Source: a virus (taxonomy: Duplodnaviria; Caudoviricetes). Taken from it: a DNA stretch of 45,311 nt. The stretch spans positions 1 through 45,311 of IMG/VR virus record IMGVR_UViG_3300037461_000350; one strand, written 5' to 3'. Of the stretch, positions 27,651 through 36,426 are shown piece after piece; positions within the stretch are counted from its first letter, which is position 1; every line of letters begins with the position of its first letter. The notes under the pieces are model-generated. The model did not search any database and was not told where the DNA came from. It saw only the letters and a program-made list of their open reading frames with translations. The position numbers and the translations under genes are program-made.

Positions 27651-29969
27651 ATGACTGTCCCGGCCTACACCATGCGCACGGCTCACCCGTACGTATTCTT
27701 CTTGGACTCGGAGAAGTCTGCGATCGCCGCACGGGTCGCGGATTCCGCCGGCTGGAAGACGCTCTACGATAACACGATCAAGCCGGCGGCCACGTCCTAC
27801 AAGGGCTACGCCGCCGGGACTCTCGCCGCAAACTCCGAAGTGCAGAACCGGCTCATGGTTTTGCTGCTCGTGGCGTGGCTCGAAGAAACTGGAAGGCCGG
27901 ACGGCGGCTACCGGGACAAGGCCGTGGACGCCGCGGTGGCGCTCTGTGCGATCCCGGACGATCAGTCGCCGACCTACTATAGAAATCGTCTGCTCGCGCT
28001 CGCGGCTGTCTTCGACGTCTGCTTTGACTGGCTCACCAGTTCCGAGAAGAGCACGATCGCCGCCGAGATCGTCCACCAGGCCTCCCGCTGCACCGCGCCA
28101 GTGAACGAGTACATGCACGGCCATGGCGGCAACGACCAGATGTGCGCCCTGGCCGGCGGGCTCGCGATCTCCGGGTACCATTCGAGCGCGGCGTCGATCA
28201 TCAACAGGGCGCTCGAGTTCTGGTGGGGAACCGGAGCCACGGGAACCGCCGACGGCGGCCGTTGGGAAATGCCGCGGCATTCCTGCTCCGACGGCGGAGA
28301 CGACCAGGGCTCCTGGTACAACTATTTGATGGGCTGGGCCGAGGTGCTGATCCCGCACTTCATGTCGCACGCGACCACGGACGTGGACCCGTTCGTCAGT
28401 GAAGTGGCGTGGATGAAGAAGAGATGGGAATGGCATATTTGGAGTGGGTGGACCGGAACCACAGACCACGACTTCGACGCCCAGGGCGACGTCTACAAGC
28501 TCAGCGGAACCTATTTCCACTGGCAGCAGCGGATCTTCCTTGCGATCGTCGCCGACAAGTTCAGGAACAACGACTCGCTCCAGGGCGGGCACATGCTCGC
28601 CTGGCTCTTCGCGCAGTGGGATGCGCTCGACAGTTCCTACGCCGATTCCAGCGTGTGGCAGATCCTCTTCCTGGACCGCGCCGCGGTGACAACGGTCCAC
28701 CCAAAGGACGCCACGACGGTCCCGAGCTGCTCGCGGCTCTTTAATCCGCCTGGCGTCTACTACGGCCGGTGGGCCCCCTCCGGGGAGGACGACTGGGACT
28801 ACGACGAGTCCTGCGTCTTCCGGATATCTGCGCGCCAGTGGTACTACCTGGGCCACACGCACCTGGACGCCGGGAGCGTCATGATTCACTTCAAGGGTGA
28901 TCGGATCCTCCAGGCGCCGGCAGGGATCTACAGCGACTACGGTGACTCGCACCACATGAATGCCTACCAGCGGTCCTGGCTCCAAAGCCTCGTACCGCTG
29001 ATCCACGATCCGAGCGCGGTTTGGAATCGGTACTCGACGTTGGCAGCTTCCGACGGCGGCCAGCAGTTCAAGAAGAGCACATACACGGATCGCACGTCCG
29101 ACCCCGGCCGCATGTACTACATGCTCAATGACGGCGGCGGAGAGACATGGCTCCGCACGAGGTCGTTCGAGAAGGTGCAGGACGATCACCCGACCACCAT
29201 GACGTTCCTGGTGGCGGACCTCGAGCCGGCCTACCGCAAGTACAGCACAGACTCTCCGCGTTGCAGCGTCTGCGAGGTCAAGTACCTGATCATCTGGCCG
29301 AACGCGACGAATGGCCTGACCTGGCCGGCACTCCTTTACTACGCAAGGATCGTCAAGAGCGACAGCGACTGGAGAACGCAGATCCCGTTTCACTCGTACC
29401 AGGCCTGGACCACGACGAGCTACGGCGCGCACACGACCGGCTATCGCAGCGTCGGCAAGCTCTGGGTGGACATCTACAACCACGCGGCCTACACGAAGCT
29501 GAACGTCCCGCCGGGCACGCCACTGGACGCCAACAACTACGGGCCGGACCAGTTCCGGATCTACGGCGACGGCGCCGCCAACTGGAAGCCGTCACGCGCG
29601 GCGAAGACCAGGGAGCTCCCGGACCTGTGCAGGCACTCGTTATACATAGAGAAGACCACCAGGACGACGCAGGAAGACTACGTCATGCTCCTCATGCTCT
29701 CCGGGTCCGCTGACTCGGAGCCAGTCACGGGACGCTCCTGGGTCACGGAAACCGACTGGTACGGAATCACCCTGGGAGCCGACATATACCGAATCCACAA
29801 GACGCAAGACCTCGCCGTCCACGGGTCCCCTGACACGACCCCGCCGGCGGAGGTCACGGGACTTGCGCTCACGGCACGGGACCGCGGGATCCTGGCCAGG
29901 TGGACTGACCCGGCAGACTCAGACCTGAACAAGATCCGCATTTTCAAGCGCACGAGCGCGATCACTTAG
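27651..29969 (+). CDS. heparinase II/III-like polysaccharide lyase with C-terminal half-Fn3
   Basis: HPYVFF N-terminus, helical toroid, HGHG, QGSWY, GHTHLDAGSVMIHFKG, LIHDP, SDGGQ; ends with DTTPPAEVTGL..WTDPADSDL. Confidence 0.8.
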   Translation: MTVPAYTMRTAHPYVFFLDSEKSAIAARVADSAGWKTLYDNTIKPAATSYKGYAAGTLAANSEVQNRLMVLLLVAWLEETGRPDGGYRDKAVDAAVALCAIPDDQSPTYYRNRLLALAAVFDVCFDWLTSSEKSTIAAEIVHQASRCTAPVNEYMHGHGGNDQMCALAGGLAISGYHSSAASIINRALEFWWGTGATGTADGGRWEMPRHSCSDGGDDQGSWYNYLMGWAEVLIPHFMSHATTDVDPFVSEVAWMKKRWEWHIWSGWTGTTDHDFDAQGDVYKLSGTYFHWQQRIFLAIVADKFRNNDSLQGGHMLAWLFAQWDALDSSYADSSVWQILFLDRAAVTTVHPKDATTVPSCSRLFNPPGVYYGRWAPSGEDDWDYDESCVFRISARQWYYLGHTHLDAGSVMIHFKGDRILQAPAGIYSDYGDSHHMNAYQRSWLQSLVPLIHDPSAVWNRYSTLAASDGGQQFKKSTYTDRTSDPGRMYYMLNDGGGETWLRTRSFEKVQDDHPTTMTFLVADLEPAYRKYSTDSPRCSVCEVKYLIIWPNATNGLTWPALLYYARIVKSDSDWRTQIPFHSYQAWTTTSYGAHTTGYRSVGKLWVDIYNHAAYTKLNVPPGTPLDANNYGPDQFRIYGDGAANWKPSRAAKTRELPDLCRHSLYIEKTTRTTQEDYVMLLMLSGSADSEPVTGRSWVTETDWYGITLGADIYRIHKTQDLAVHGSPDTTPPAEVTGLALTARDRGILARWTDPADSDLNKIRIFKRTSAIT

Positions 29970-29978
29970 AGGTACAAC

Positions 29979-30362
29979 ATGGCTGTTTTTACTCCAACCT
30001 GGACGACTGGCGTTTCCCTGCGCGCTGCCGCCGCGATCGCGAACGGCGCAAACCTGACGGACACGATCAACTTGGCGACGTCGCTGTACTACATGGTCGA
30101 CGTCACGGTCGGATTCGACATCTCCTCCGGCACTCCCAGCGGGGACCTGGTGATCGAGGTCTTCCAGAGCGCAGACGGCGGGACCACGGTGGACACGATC
30201 GCGCGCGTGACGCGCAGGATCAACTTCACCGCCACGGCCAACAAGATCACGACGATCCGCGCACTTGGCGGTGCCTTCGTCTCTCTCAAGTACACGAACA
30301 ACACAGGGGTCACCGGGAACGTCACGGTCAAGTACGCTGGACTCAAGCAAACGAGCACGTAA
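29979..30362 (+). CDS. beta-rich virion-associated protein (paralog of 24180-24626)
   Basis: ANGA, SADGGTTVD; precedes a LamG gene, as its paralog does. Confidence 0.65.
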   Translation: MAVFTPTWTTGVSLRAAAAIANGANLTDTINLATSLYYMVDVTVGFDISSGTPSGDLVIEVFQSADGGTTVDTIARVTRRINFTATANKITTIRALGGAFVSLKYTNNTGVTGNVTVKYAGLKQTST

Positions 30363-30365
30363 GCC

Positions 30366-31397
30366 ATGGAACACGTCGTTGAAAGGCAGAAGCCTGGTTC
30401 ATGGGCCCTGGAGCAGCAGCGGACCCCGCCGGACACCGCGCACCTGTGGCAGGACCTCAACCTGGCGCTGCCGCTCTGGGAGGGAGCCGGGCGGTTTGTC
30501 GAGGACGTCTCCGGCCTGAACCTGCACTCAGGGACCTGGGGGACTGGCGTCACGTGGACCCGCGGCGAGCTCGGGCCGGGACTCGACTTCGACGGCTCGT
30601 CGTCCGCGAACTTCCAGATCGCCGACCCGCCAGCGAACTACCTTGATAGCTGCTCCGCGTTCAGTTTGGACATGTGGTTCGAGGTCGACTCCGTCACCGG
30701 GATCCACGGCCTGGTCGGAAAGTACAGAGCCACCGCAGGCATGCGGTCCTGGCGTCTCTACACCAACGGGACCGAGTTGACCATGCAGGTCAGCGCCGAC
30801 GGGACCGCGTATGAGGAGAAGAGCACCAGCGGCGCAGGCCTGGCCACGGGCACGCTCTACCACCTCGTCATGACGTGGAACGCCGGGACGTGGGTCGTCC
30901 GGCTCAACGGCGCGGCCGTCACCGCCAACGCATTCACCACCGTGACCAGCATCTACGCAGGCACGGACTACGTCCTCGTTGGGAAGAGATATGACGGCTA
31001 CTACCTCGACGGCCGGATCTACTCGATTCGGTTCTGGCAGCGAGCACTTGCAGCCGAGGACCTCGCGATCCTCTACGAACTGCCGTTCAGGATGTTTGAG
31101 CAAGACTTCGACTTCCCGTCCCTGGCCTTGCTGCACATCGGGACCACGCCGGCAGGCGAATGGGAGCTCGCCGGCGAGGTGGAAAATGACGTCGAGGAGT
31201 TCTACCTCTCCGGCCTGGAGAATGCCGTCAGTTACGACGTTTACTGCACGACCGTGGATATCTCGGGAAACGAGTCCACCGGCTGCAGCGACGAGAGTGC
31301 GACCCCGGTTGGCGGGACAGGAGGAGTTTACGCGCCACTTCGGCGCGGCATTTCGGTGGCGCCTTGCGTGCCGCCAGTCATCAGGAGGTACAGGTGA
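30366..31397 (+). CDS. LamG domain protein with C-terminal half-Fn3
   Basis: PLWEGAG..VEDVSG, GLDFDG, YHLVMTW, LDGRIYSIRFWQRAL; C-terminal LSGLEN.VSYDVY.TTVDISGNES. Confidence 0.85.
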   Translation: MEHVVERQKPGSWALEQQRTPPDTAHLWQDLNLALPLWEGAGRFVEDVSGLNLHSGTWGTGVTWTRGELGPGLDFDGSSSANFQIADPPANYLDSCSAFSLDMWFEVDSVTGIHGLVGKYRATAGMRSWRLYTNGTELTMQVSADGTAYEEKSTSGAGLATGTLYHLVMTWNAGTWVVRLNGAAVTANAFTTVTSIYAGTDYVLVGKRYDGYYLDGRIYSIRFWQRALAAEDLAILYELPFRMFEQDFDFPSLALLHIGTTPAGEWELAGEVENDVEEFYLSGLENAVSYDVYCTTVDISGNESTGCSDESATPVGGTGGVYAPLRRGISVAPCVPPVIRRYR

Positions 31398-31606
31398 GCG
31401 GTGAAATCAGAGTACTGTCGATCGTCCGTGCGGTTGCAGAGATGGCCGAGGACAACGCCGTTATGGAGGCGAAGCTACTGCGCCTGGAAGAGGTCAACGT
31501 TGATCTGCAGCGGGAGATCGAGACTCTGAAGGCCACGCTGAAGAGCCTGGAGTCAGCCTCAGCCAGCGTACCCGCATCCGGTACACCGATAGGGCGAACC
31601 GGCTGA
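31394..31606 (+). CDS. small coiled-coil protein
   Basis: AGGAGG SD, GTGA overlap, heptad pattern; 3' end overlaps a convergent gene. Confidence 0.5.
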   Translation: MSGEIRVLSIVRAVAEMAEDNAVMEAKLLRLEEVNVDLQREIETLKATLKSLESASASVPASGTPIGRTG

Positions 31607-31756
31607 TTTTAGGCCGGCGAGCAACCAGATCGGAATCCAGAGTCCCAAGGTGACCAGCGTCATGATGAAGTGAAAGATGTGGCTTGTGCCGTGCTTTGTG
31701 GCGAGACATGGCTTTCCGCAGGTTGGGCAGTCGATTTGAGTCTGCAGGGTTGGCAT
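31559..31756 (-). CDS. small membrane Zn-ribbon protein (LITAF-like)
   Basis: CPTC...H..H.I.TL.TLGLWIPIW...YRCTGCG; AAGGAG SD. Confidence 0.7.
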   Translation of the reverse strand: MPTLQTQIDCPTCGKPCLATKHGTSHIFHFIMTLVTLGLWIPIWLLAGLKSAGSPYRCTGCGYAG

Positions 31757-31765
31757 GGGGACTCC

Positions 31766-32290
31766 TTACTCGGGGCAGACCAGGTCTTCGGGCCACAGGT
31801 CTTTCCCGGGAGACGTGACGGACGACTGCATGACCGGAAAGACATCATGACAGGCATCAGCGGTCCAGTTCCCGTTGAAATTGGGCACAGCCGGGACTGA
31901 GAATGGAGGCGCTGGGAGGTCTTCAGGAATTGGGTTCTTTCGCGCGGACCGGTCCGTGCACCACAGGAATGTGTATTTGCCGACTGGAATCCAGCCCACG
32001 AAGAAGATCCCGTTGCGGCCAAGTGCAAAGATTTTCTCGTCTCTAATCTCGCCGCTATACGGCAAATCAATTTTGACCCAGGCATCCACTGGCACGGGCT
32101 CTCCTGCTACGAGCGAATCGCAGGAAACGTACCAGAGTTGGTAAATCGTCTCGCGGCAGGCGTTCATCACTTGGAGCTGGACTTCTCCCTCGTGCAGATT
32201 CACGGGAGGCTTTTCCCCTCCTCCGCCCCCACTCGAGTCCCCGCAGGCCGCCAACGCAAACGCCGCCACCAGGTAAATTGCCGCCTTCAT
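31766..32290 (-). CDS. lipoprotein, candidate superinfection exclusion moron
   Basis: AGGAGG SD; MKAAIYLVAAFALAAC lipobox plus Gly linker; divergent from integrase. Confidence 0.7.
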   Translation of the reverse strand: MKAAIYLVAAFALAACGDSSGGGGGEKPPVNLHEGEVQLQVMNACRETIYQLWYVSCDSLVAGEPVPVDAWVKIDLPYSGEIRDEKIFALGRNGIFFVGWIPVGKYTFLWCTDRSARKNPIPEDLPAPPFSVPAVPNFNGNWTADACHDVFPVMQSSVTSPGKDLWPEDLVCPE

Positions 32291-32452
32291 GTGCGCCTCC
32301 TGTGAACTGTTCCCCCGACCAGTAGACTGGCTTTCCCAGTGGAAATTCAAGGAAATTCCGCAGGTTAGCGCGGCGGTCGCCACCAGTTCGCCTCCTGGCC
32401 GCTTGACAGGTCGGATAAAATCACCCGCAACGACGGCTGGGCAGGAGCACAA

Positions 32453-33523
32453 ACGAAACCGCGCCTGTCCAAAAAGGGTGGTCTTTGGTGGATAGGGACT
32501 TCGTCGGCACTGGGCGAGGAGCGGTGGTACAGCCTGGGCACTTCGGAGTTCGCGGAGGCCTCCCGCATCGCTGCATGGGAGGGCCATACCATGGTGATCC
32601 GCGAACTCGAAGACGCGCTCATGACGGACTACGAGTTGAAGGGCCGGCCGCAGAAGACGTGCAAGGCGGCGCAGCACACGTTCGGCGTCCTGCGATGCTT
32701 CTCTGCCGCAATCCGGGCGATCCGCACGCTGGACGACATCACCACGCAAGTGCTGACGCAGTTCGCCCAGTGGCGCATGAAGGACCACGAGTCGGGCAGC
32801 GTGCTTTACGAGCTGCGCATTATCCACCGTGCGCTCCAGGTCCTCTGCGACTGGGGAAAGATCGCTCGTGTCCCGAAGACTCCGCCGGTTTCCCCGAGTC
32901 CTCCGCGGCAGGGATTCATCACTGACGCGCAACTGGAGGCGATCTGCCAGGTGATCGACCCGGTACTGGAGCCACTCGTCAGGTTCCTCTCGCTGACCGG
33001 CTGGCGTGCGGGAGAGGCGCAACGGCTTACCTGGAACTGCAACGTGGACTTCTCGGTCGGCGTGGTCCGGCTCGAGCCCGGGACCACGAAGAACCGTGAC
33101 GGCCGAGAGTTCCCCTTCCGCTACCTGCGGCCACTGGAGGTGGTGCTGCGCAAGCAACGCAGCGAGGTCACGCGGCTCGAGACCCTCCTCGGCAAGGTGA
33201 TTCCGTGGGTGTTCTGCAGGCGCTCCGGCGGGCCGATCTGCAGCTACGACTGGGCCTGGCACGCCGCCTGCAAGCGTGCCGGGGTTCCTGGCCGAGTGGT
33301 CCACGACTTCCGTAGATCGGCGGTCCGGCGCCTTCACCTTGCCGGCGTCCCGATGAGTATCGGGATGAAACTGACCGGCCATCGATCCATGCGGGTTTAC
33401 CTGGCCTACGCTGTCAGCGGCCCGCAGGACCTCGAGGACGGGGTCCGCCGGCTGGACGATTTCATGCAGCGCCACAAAGTGCGATCCGAGAAATCCAACC
33501 TTGACGCCAACAAGCCACAGTAA
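32453..33523 (+). CDS. int: tyrosine recombinase/integrase (first ATG 32591; probable true start ACG 32453)
   Basis: TGWR, TKN, HDFRR, TGH, VYLAY catalytic residues; in-frame upstream extension KPRLSKKGGLWWI...SLGT..EA. Confidence 0.92.
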   Translation, partial: TKPRLSKKGGLWWIGTSSALGEERWYSLGTSEFAEASRIAAWEGHTMVIRELEDALMTDYELKGRPQKTCKAAQHTFGVLRCFSAAIRAIRTLDDITTQVLTQFAQWRMKDHESGSVLYELRIIHRALQVLCDWGKIARVPKTPPVSPSPPRQGFITDAQLEAICQVIDPVLEPLVRFLSLTGWRAGEAQRLTWNCNVDFSVGVVRLEPGTTKNRDGREFPFRYLRPLEVVLRKQRSEVTRLETLLGKVIPWVFCRRSGGPICSYDWAWHAACKRAGVPGRVVHDFRRSAVRRLHLAGVPMSIGMKLTGHRSMRVYLAYAVSGPQDLEDGVRRLDDFMQRHKVRSEKSNLDANKPQ

Positions 33524-33572
33524 AGGCTCCAAAAGGAAAAGAAACGAAACTATAATTCCGTTCGGATTCCTC

Positions 33573-33602
33573 TTGAAATCAAACGGTGAATGCGGTTAAC
33601 CT
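33573..33602 (+). promoter_or_regulatory. putative sigma70 promoter of early operon
   Basis: TTGAAA-N18-TAACCT with AT-rich upstream sequence. Confidence 0.35.
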
Positions 33603-33663
33603 ACTCGCGTCTAATTCGCCGGAGGATACGAGTGGAGCTAACGCCGATCGAATCCGGATCCTA

Positions 33664-33730
33664 TCGCCAACCAGCCGGCTCGGTTGCTGGGCAAGTCCCA
33701 GCTGTCGTTAGCCCCGAGCCGGCCATTTTG
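33664..33730 (+). ncRNA. candidate structured small RNA (bulged double stem)
   Basis: Outer stem GCCGGCTCGG/CCGAGCCGGC, inner stem GCTGGG/CCCAGC, 11-nt bulge TGTCGTTAGCC, followed by ATTTTG. Confidence 0.35.
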
Positions 33731-33886
33731 TTCCCACCGGGGGAAAGGAGGGGAGATGCGGACCACGCGGTAAAGGGTCCTGTCGCGCAAGCAGCACCAG
33801 CCCATTTTCAAAATGATCTGCTGCCCGGGCCACCGGGAACCGGCCGCCTGGGCAGCGTTTGTGCCTTTAGGAAAGACGGAGAGAAC

Positions 33887-34072
33887 ATGACGACGTGCCC
33901 TGGCTGCGAAGAGGAAATCCCCGGCGAGTTGTCCGAGACCTACGGCCTCTGCGACCACTGTGTCGGGCGCCTGGAAGAGATTGAGCGGGGCGGTCCCCAC
34001 CAGTTCAGCACGTACCCCAAAATCGACCGCCCCGCCTTGAATGAGGAACCGGCGACCCGTTTCGCCGAGTAG
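33887..34072 (+). CDS. small Zn-finger protein
   Basis: GGAG SD; CPGC...LCDHC. Confidence 0.6.
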   Translation: MTTCPGCEEEIPGELSETYGLCDHCVGRLEEIERGGPHQFSTYPKIDRPALNEEPATRFAE

Positions 34073-34127
34073 GCCGTCCCCGGCGTGAGCGGGTCCGCGC
34101 CGGGGCCTCGAGAAGGGAGACAGGGAG

Positions 34128-34409
34128 ATGACTTTCACATGCACTTGCGCCAGTTGCGGCGGGAAATTTAAGACGCAACCGGACGGCTCGGACACCTGTC
34201 CGCGGTGCCGGCTCATCAAGGCAGCGGGAGCGTTTCAGGTGAACTACGTGCAGCCGAAGCCGCGGCCGAAGATGACCTTCTTCCAGGAGGTTCGCGCTTT
34301 CGCGGCCACAGTGGTGCTCTTCCTTGCCGGCTGCGCTGTCGTCCTGTGTCTGATCGGCTGGATCTGGCAGGGTCTCCAGGTGGCCCGCCTGATCCTCGGG
34401 GGAGGCTAA
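34128..34409 (+). CDS. Zn-finger plus transmembrane protein
   Basis: CASC...CPRC, C-terminal hydrophobic helix. Confidence 0.6.
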   Translation: MTFTCTCASCGGKFKTQPDGSDTCPRCRLIKAAGAFQVNYVQPKPRPKMTFFQEVRAFAATVVLFLAGCAVVLCLIGWIWQGLQVARLILGGG

Positions 34410-34531
34410 CGTGGTGGTGGCTCATGGTGGTTGGTATTCCCTTTCCAGCGTCCCCTCGCTGGCGGTGGGGCGCGCATACCGCTCCCAATCACGCGCGTTC
34501 TATCGCACCTACAGACCCGTTCATTACGGGC

Positions 34532-34574
34532 GCAGCCTCGGAGGAAATCAGACCCCGCCGAGGCTGCATTTTTT
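34532..34574 (+). terminator. intrinsic terminator 1
   Basis: GCAGCCTCGG/CCGAGGCTGC stem followed by ATTTTTT. Confidence 0.6.
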
Positions 34575-34601
34575 GGATCTCTCACTTCTCTATTTCCCTC
34601 C

Positions 34602-34639
34602 GCAGGCCCGGTCCCTCTACTGCCGGGCCTGCCTTTTTT
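34602..34639 (+). terminator. intrinsic terminator 2
   Basis: GCAGGCCCGG/CCGGGCCTGC stem followed by CTTTTTT, 10 nt before ATG 34650. Confidence 0.65.
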
Positions 34640-34649
34640 CGAGGCAGCC

Positions 34650-35450
34650 ATGAGACCTATCTATCCGCCGCCGGGGCGCCTCCCGCGGATCACGCAGAGC
34701 CAGATCGAGTCGTATCTGCGCTGTGGCGTGCGCTACTTCCTGGAGCACGAGTGTACGCGGCGCGTCTGCACGGTGCGCATGGCCGTGGGATCCGGGGTCG
34801 CCGTCGGAGCCTGGCAGGACAACAGGAGCAAGCTCGCGCGCGGGATCGGCCTCCCGGCCTGCGAGATCGTCGACGCCTCCGTGGCGGCCTACGCCGAGGA
34901 GATCGAGGAGTCTGACTGCGCTGACAGCCGACTCGAGCAGGGCCAGGGTGAGGACCTCGTGGCCAACGCGGCTGAGTGCTACGCGCGCGAGGTGGCGCCC
35001 AAGACCACGGGGATCCTGGCGGCGGAGGAGCCCATGCTGGCCGAGATGGGCGACCTGGAGGTGGCCGGCACGCCCGACGTGGTCACCACGGCTGGGATCG
35101 GCGACACGAAGGTGGGGCAGCCATGGACGCTCGAGCGCGCCGACCGGGCGAGACAGTTGTCCGGCTACGCGATCCTTCACTGGTCCCGCCGGGGGCGCCT
35201 GCCCTCCAGGGTGTGGATCGACAGCGTCTCGCGGAGTCGCAGTGGTTGGCAGGCAACGAGGTGGTTTTCGGTACGAACGGAAAAGGACTGCACGGCCTTC
35301 CTCGAGACGGCCCGCAAGGTCCGAGAGGCAATCAACGCGGGGACGGCCCTCCCGGCCCCAGAGGGCGCCTGGTGGTGCTCCCGTAAGTGGTGCCCGTGGT
35401 GGACCCGCTGCCCGCACATTTCAAGGAGAGAGACGAATGGCACAGACTGA
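34650..35450 (+). CDS. PD-(D/E)XK exonuclease (RecB/Cas4-like, Fe-S Cys)
   Basis: TQSQI.SYLRC, GTPD...DTK, QLSGY, C-terminal CSRKWCPWWTRC. Confidence 0.85.
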   Translation: MRPIYPPPGRLPRITQSQIESYLRCGVRYFLEHECTRRVCTVRMAVGSGVAVGAWQDNRSKLARGIGLPACEIVDASVAAYAEEIEESDCADSRLEQGQGEDLVANAAECYAREVAPKTTGILAAEEPMLAEMGDLEVAGTPDVVTTAGIGDTKVGQPWTLERADRARQLSGYAILHWSRRGRLPSRVWIDSVSRSRSGWQATRWFSVRTEKDCTAFLETARKVREAINAGTALPAPEGAWWCSRKWCPWWTRCPHISRRETNGTD

Positions 35451-36426
35451 AAGTACAACCCGTGAGCTGCAGTTTTCCAGGAGCGGAGGGATCAAGATCA
35501 CGACCCTTGCCGAGCTCGGGCAATTCGCTGGCATGGTGACCCAGGCGGGGTTTGCGCCTAAGGGCATGAGCCCCGAGCAGGCCGCCATCGCCATGCAGCT
35601 CGGCATGGAACTCGGGCTCAACCCGCTCCAGGCGATCCAGAACATCGCCGTCATCAACGGACGGCCCTCCGTCTACGGAGACGCTCTCGTGGGCCTCGTC
35701 CAGGCGTCCGGCCTCCTCGAGAACTACGAGGAGAAGATGACCCGGCACGACAAGGAGGGCACCATGGCCGTCGTGCGCGTCACCCGGCGAGGAGTGTCCG
35801 CCCCGGTGGTCCGGTGTTTCTCCGAGAGCATGGCCAAGCGGGCCAGGCTGTGGGGCAAGCAAGGCCCTTGGACCGAGTACCCCGAGAGGATGCTCATGAT
35901 CCGCGCCCGGACCTTCGCTCTCCGCGACATGTTCGCGGACGTGCTGAAGGGCCTAACCAGCGTCGAGGAGGCCCAGGACGGCGCCGCCGCCTCCCTTCCG
36001 TCGGTGGCGGTGATCCCGCCGAGGGCCCTGCCGAGTCTCGAGAAGCTCTTTGACCAGCCGGGGATTGAGTCGCCACAGGCGCCGGAAGTCGCAGAGCCAA
36101 CGGAGGCCACCCGGCGCCCACGCGGCAGGCCGCGCACTGTGACCGCCAGTCCGCCCCCCCCTGCCCAGGAGCCAGGCCCCCGGCCAGAACCGACGCAACG
36201 GCCCGAAGGTGACGTCCTGGCGCCTGTTTCCGAGGAGGAGGCCTCCGGTCCCGCCGAGGCCACGAACGCCGAACTCTGGGACGTCTTCAGCGACCTGCAG
36301 CGCAAGATCACGGATCCCAACCAGTACCGTCAGATTCGCCAGGAGTGCGGCTACATCACCCTGGACTCGCCGCGGGAGGCGATCCTGAAGGCCATCGCCA
36401 CGGCGGAGCGGCTCCTGGGCTCGTAA
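35437..36426 (+). CDS. recT: RecT-family single-strand annealing protein
   Basis: GMELGLNPLQAIQNIAVINGRPSVYGD, LWGKQGPWTEYPERML..RAR.FALRD.FADVLKG. Confidence 0.85.
   Translation: MAQTESTTRELQFSRSGGIKITTLAELGQFAGMVTQAGFAPKGMSPEQAAIAMQLGMELGLNPLQAIQNIAVINGRPSVYGDALVGLVQASGLLENYEEKMTRHDKEGTMAVVRVTRRGVSAPVVRCFSESMAKRARLWGKQGPWTEYPERMLMIRARTFALRDMFADVLKGLTSVEEAQDGAAASLPSVAVIPPRALPSLEKLFDQPGIESPQAPEVAEPTEATRRPRGRPRTVTASPPPPAQEPGPRPEPTQRPEGDVLAPVSEEEASGPAEATNAELWDVFSDLQRKITDPNQYRQIRQECGYITLDSPREAILKAIATAERLLGS

Noticed and set aside
24630-31397. Diversity-generating retroelement targeting the LamG/fibre genes
   Set aside because: No reverse transcriptase ORF and no TR/VR pair differing at adenines was seen
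32403-32422. TTGACA...TAAAAT promoter for int
   Set aside because: Spacer of only ~7 nt, incompatible with a sigma70 promoter
33643-33673. tRNA 3'-half/attP core (GATCGAATCC...CGCCA)
   Set aside because: T-stem does not pair and no cloverleaf forms; attP could not be located
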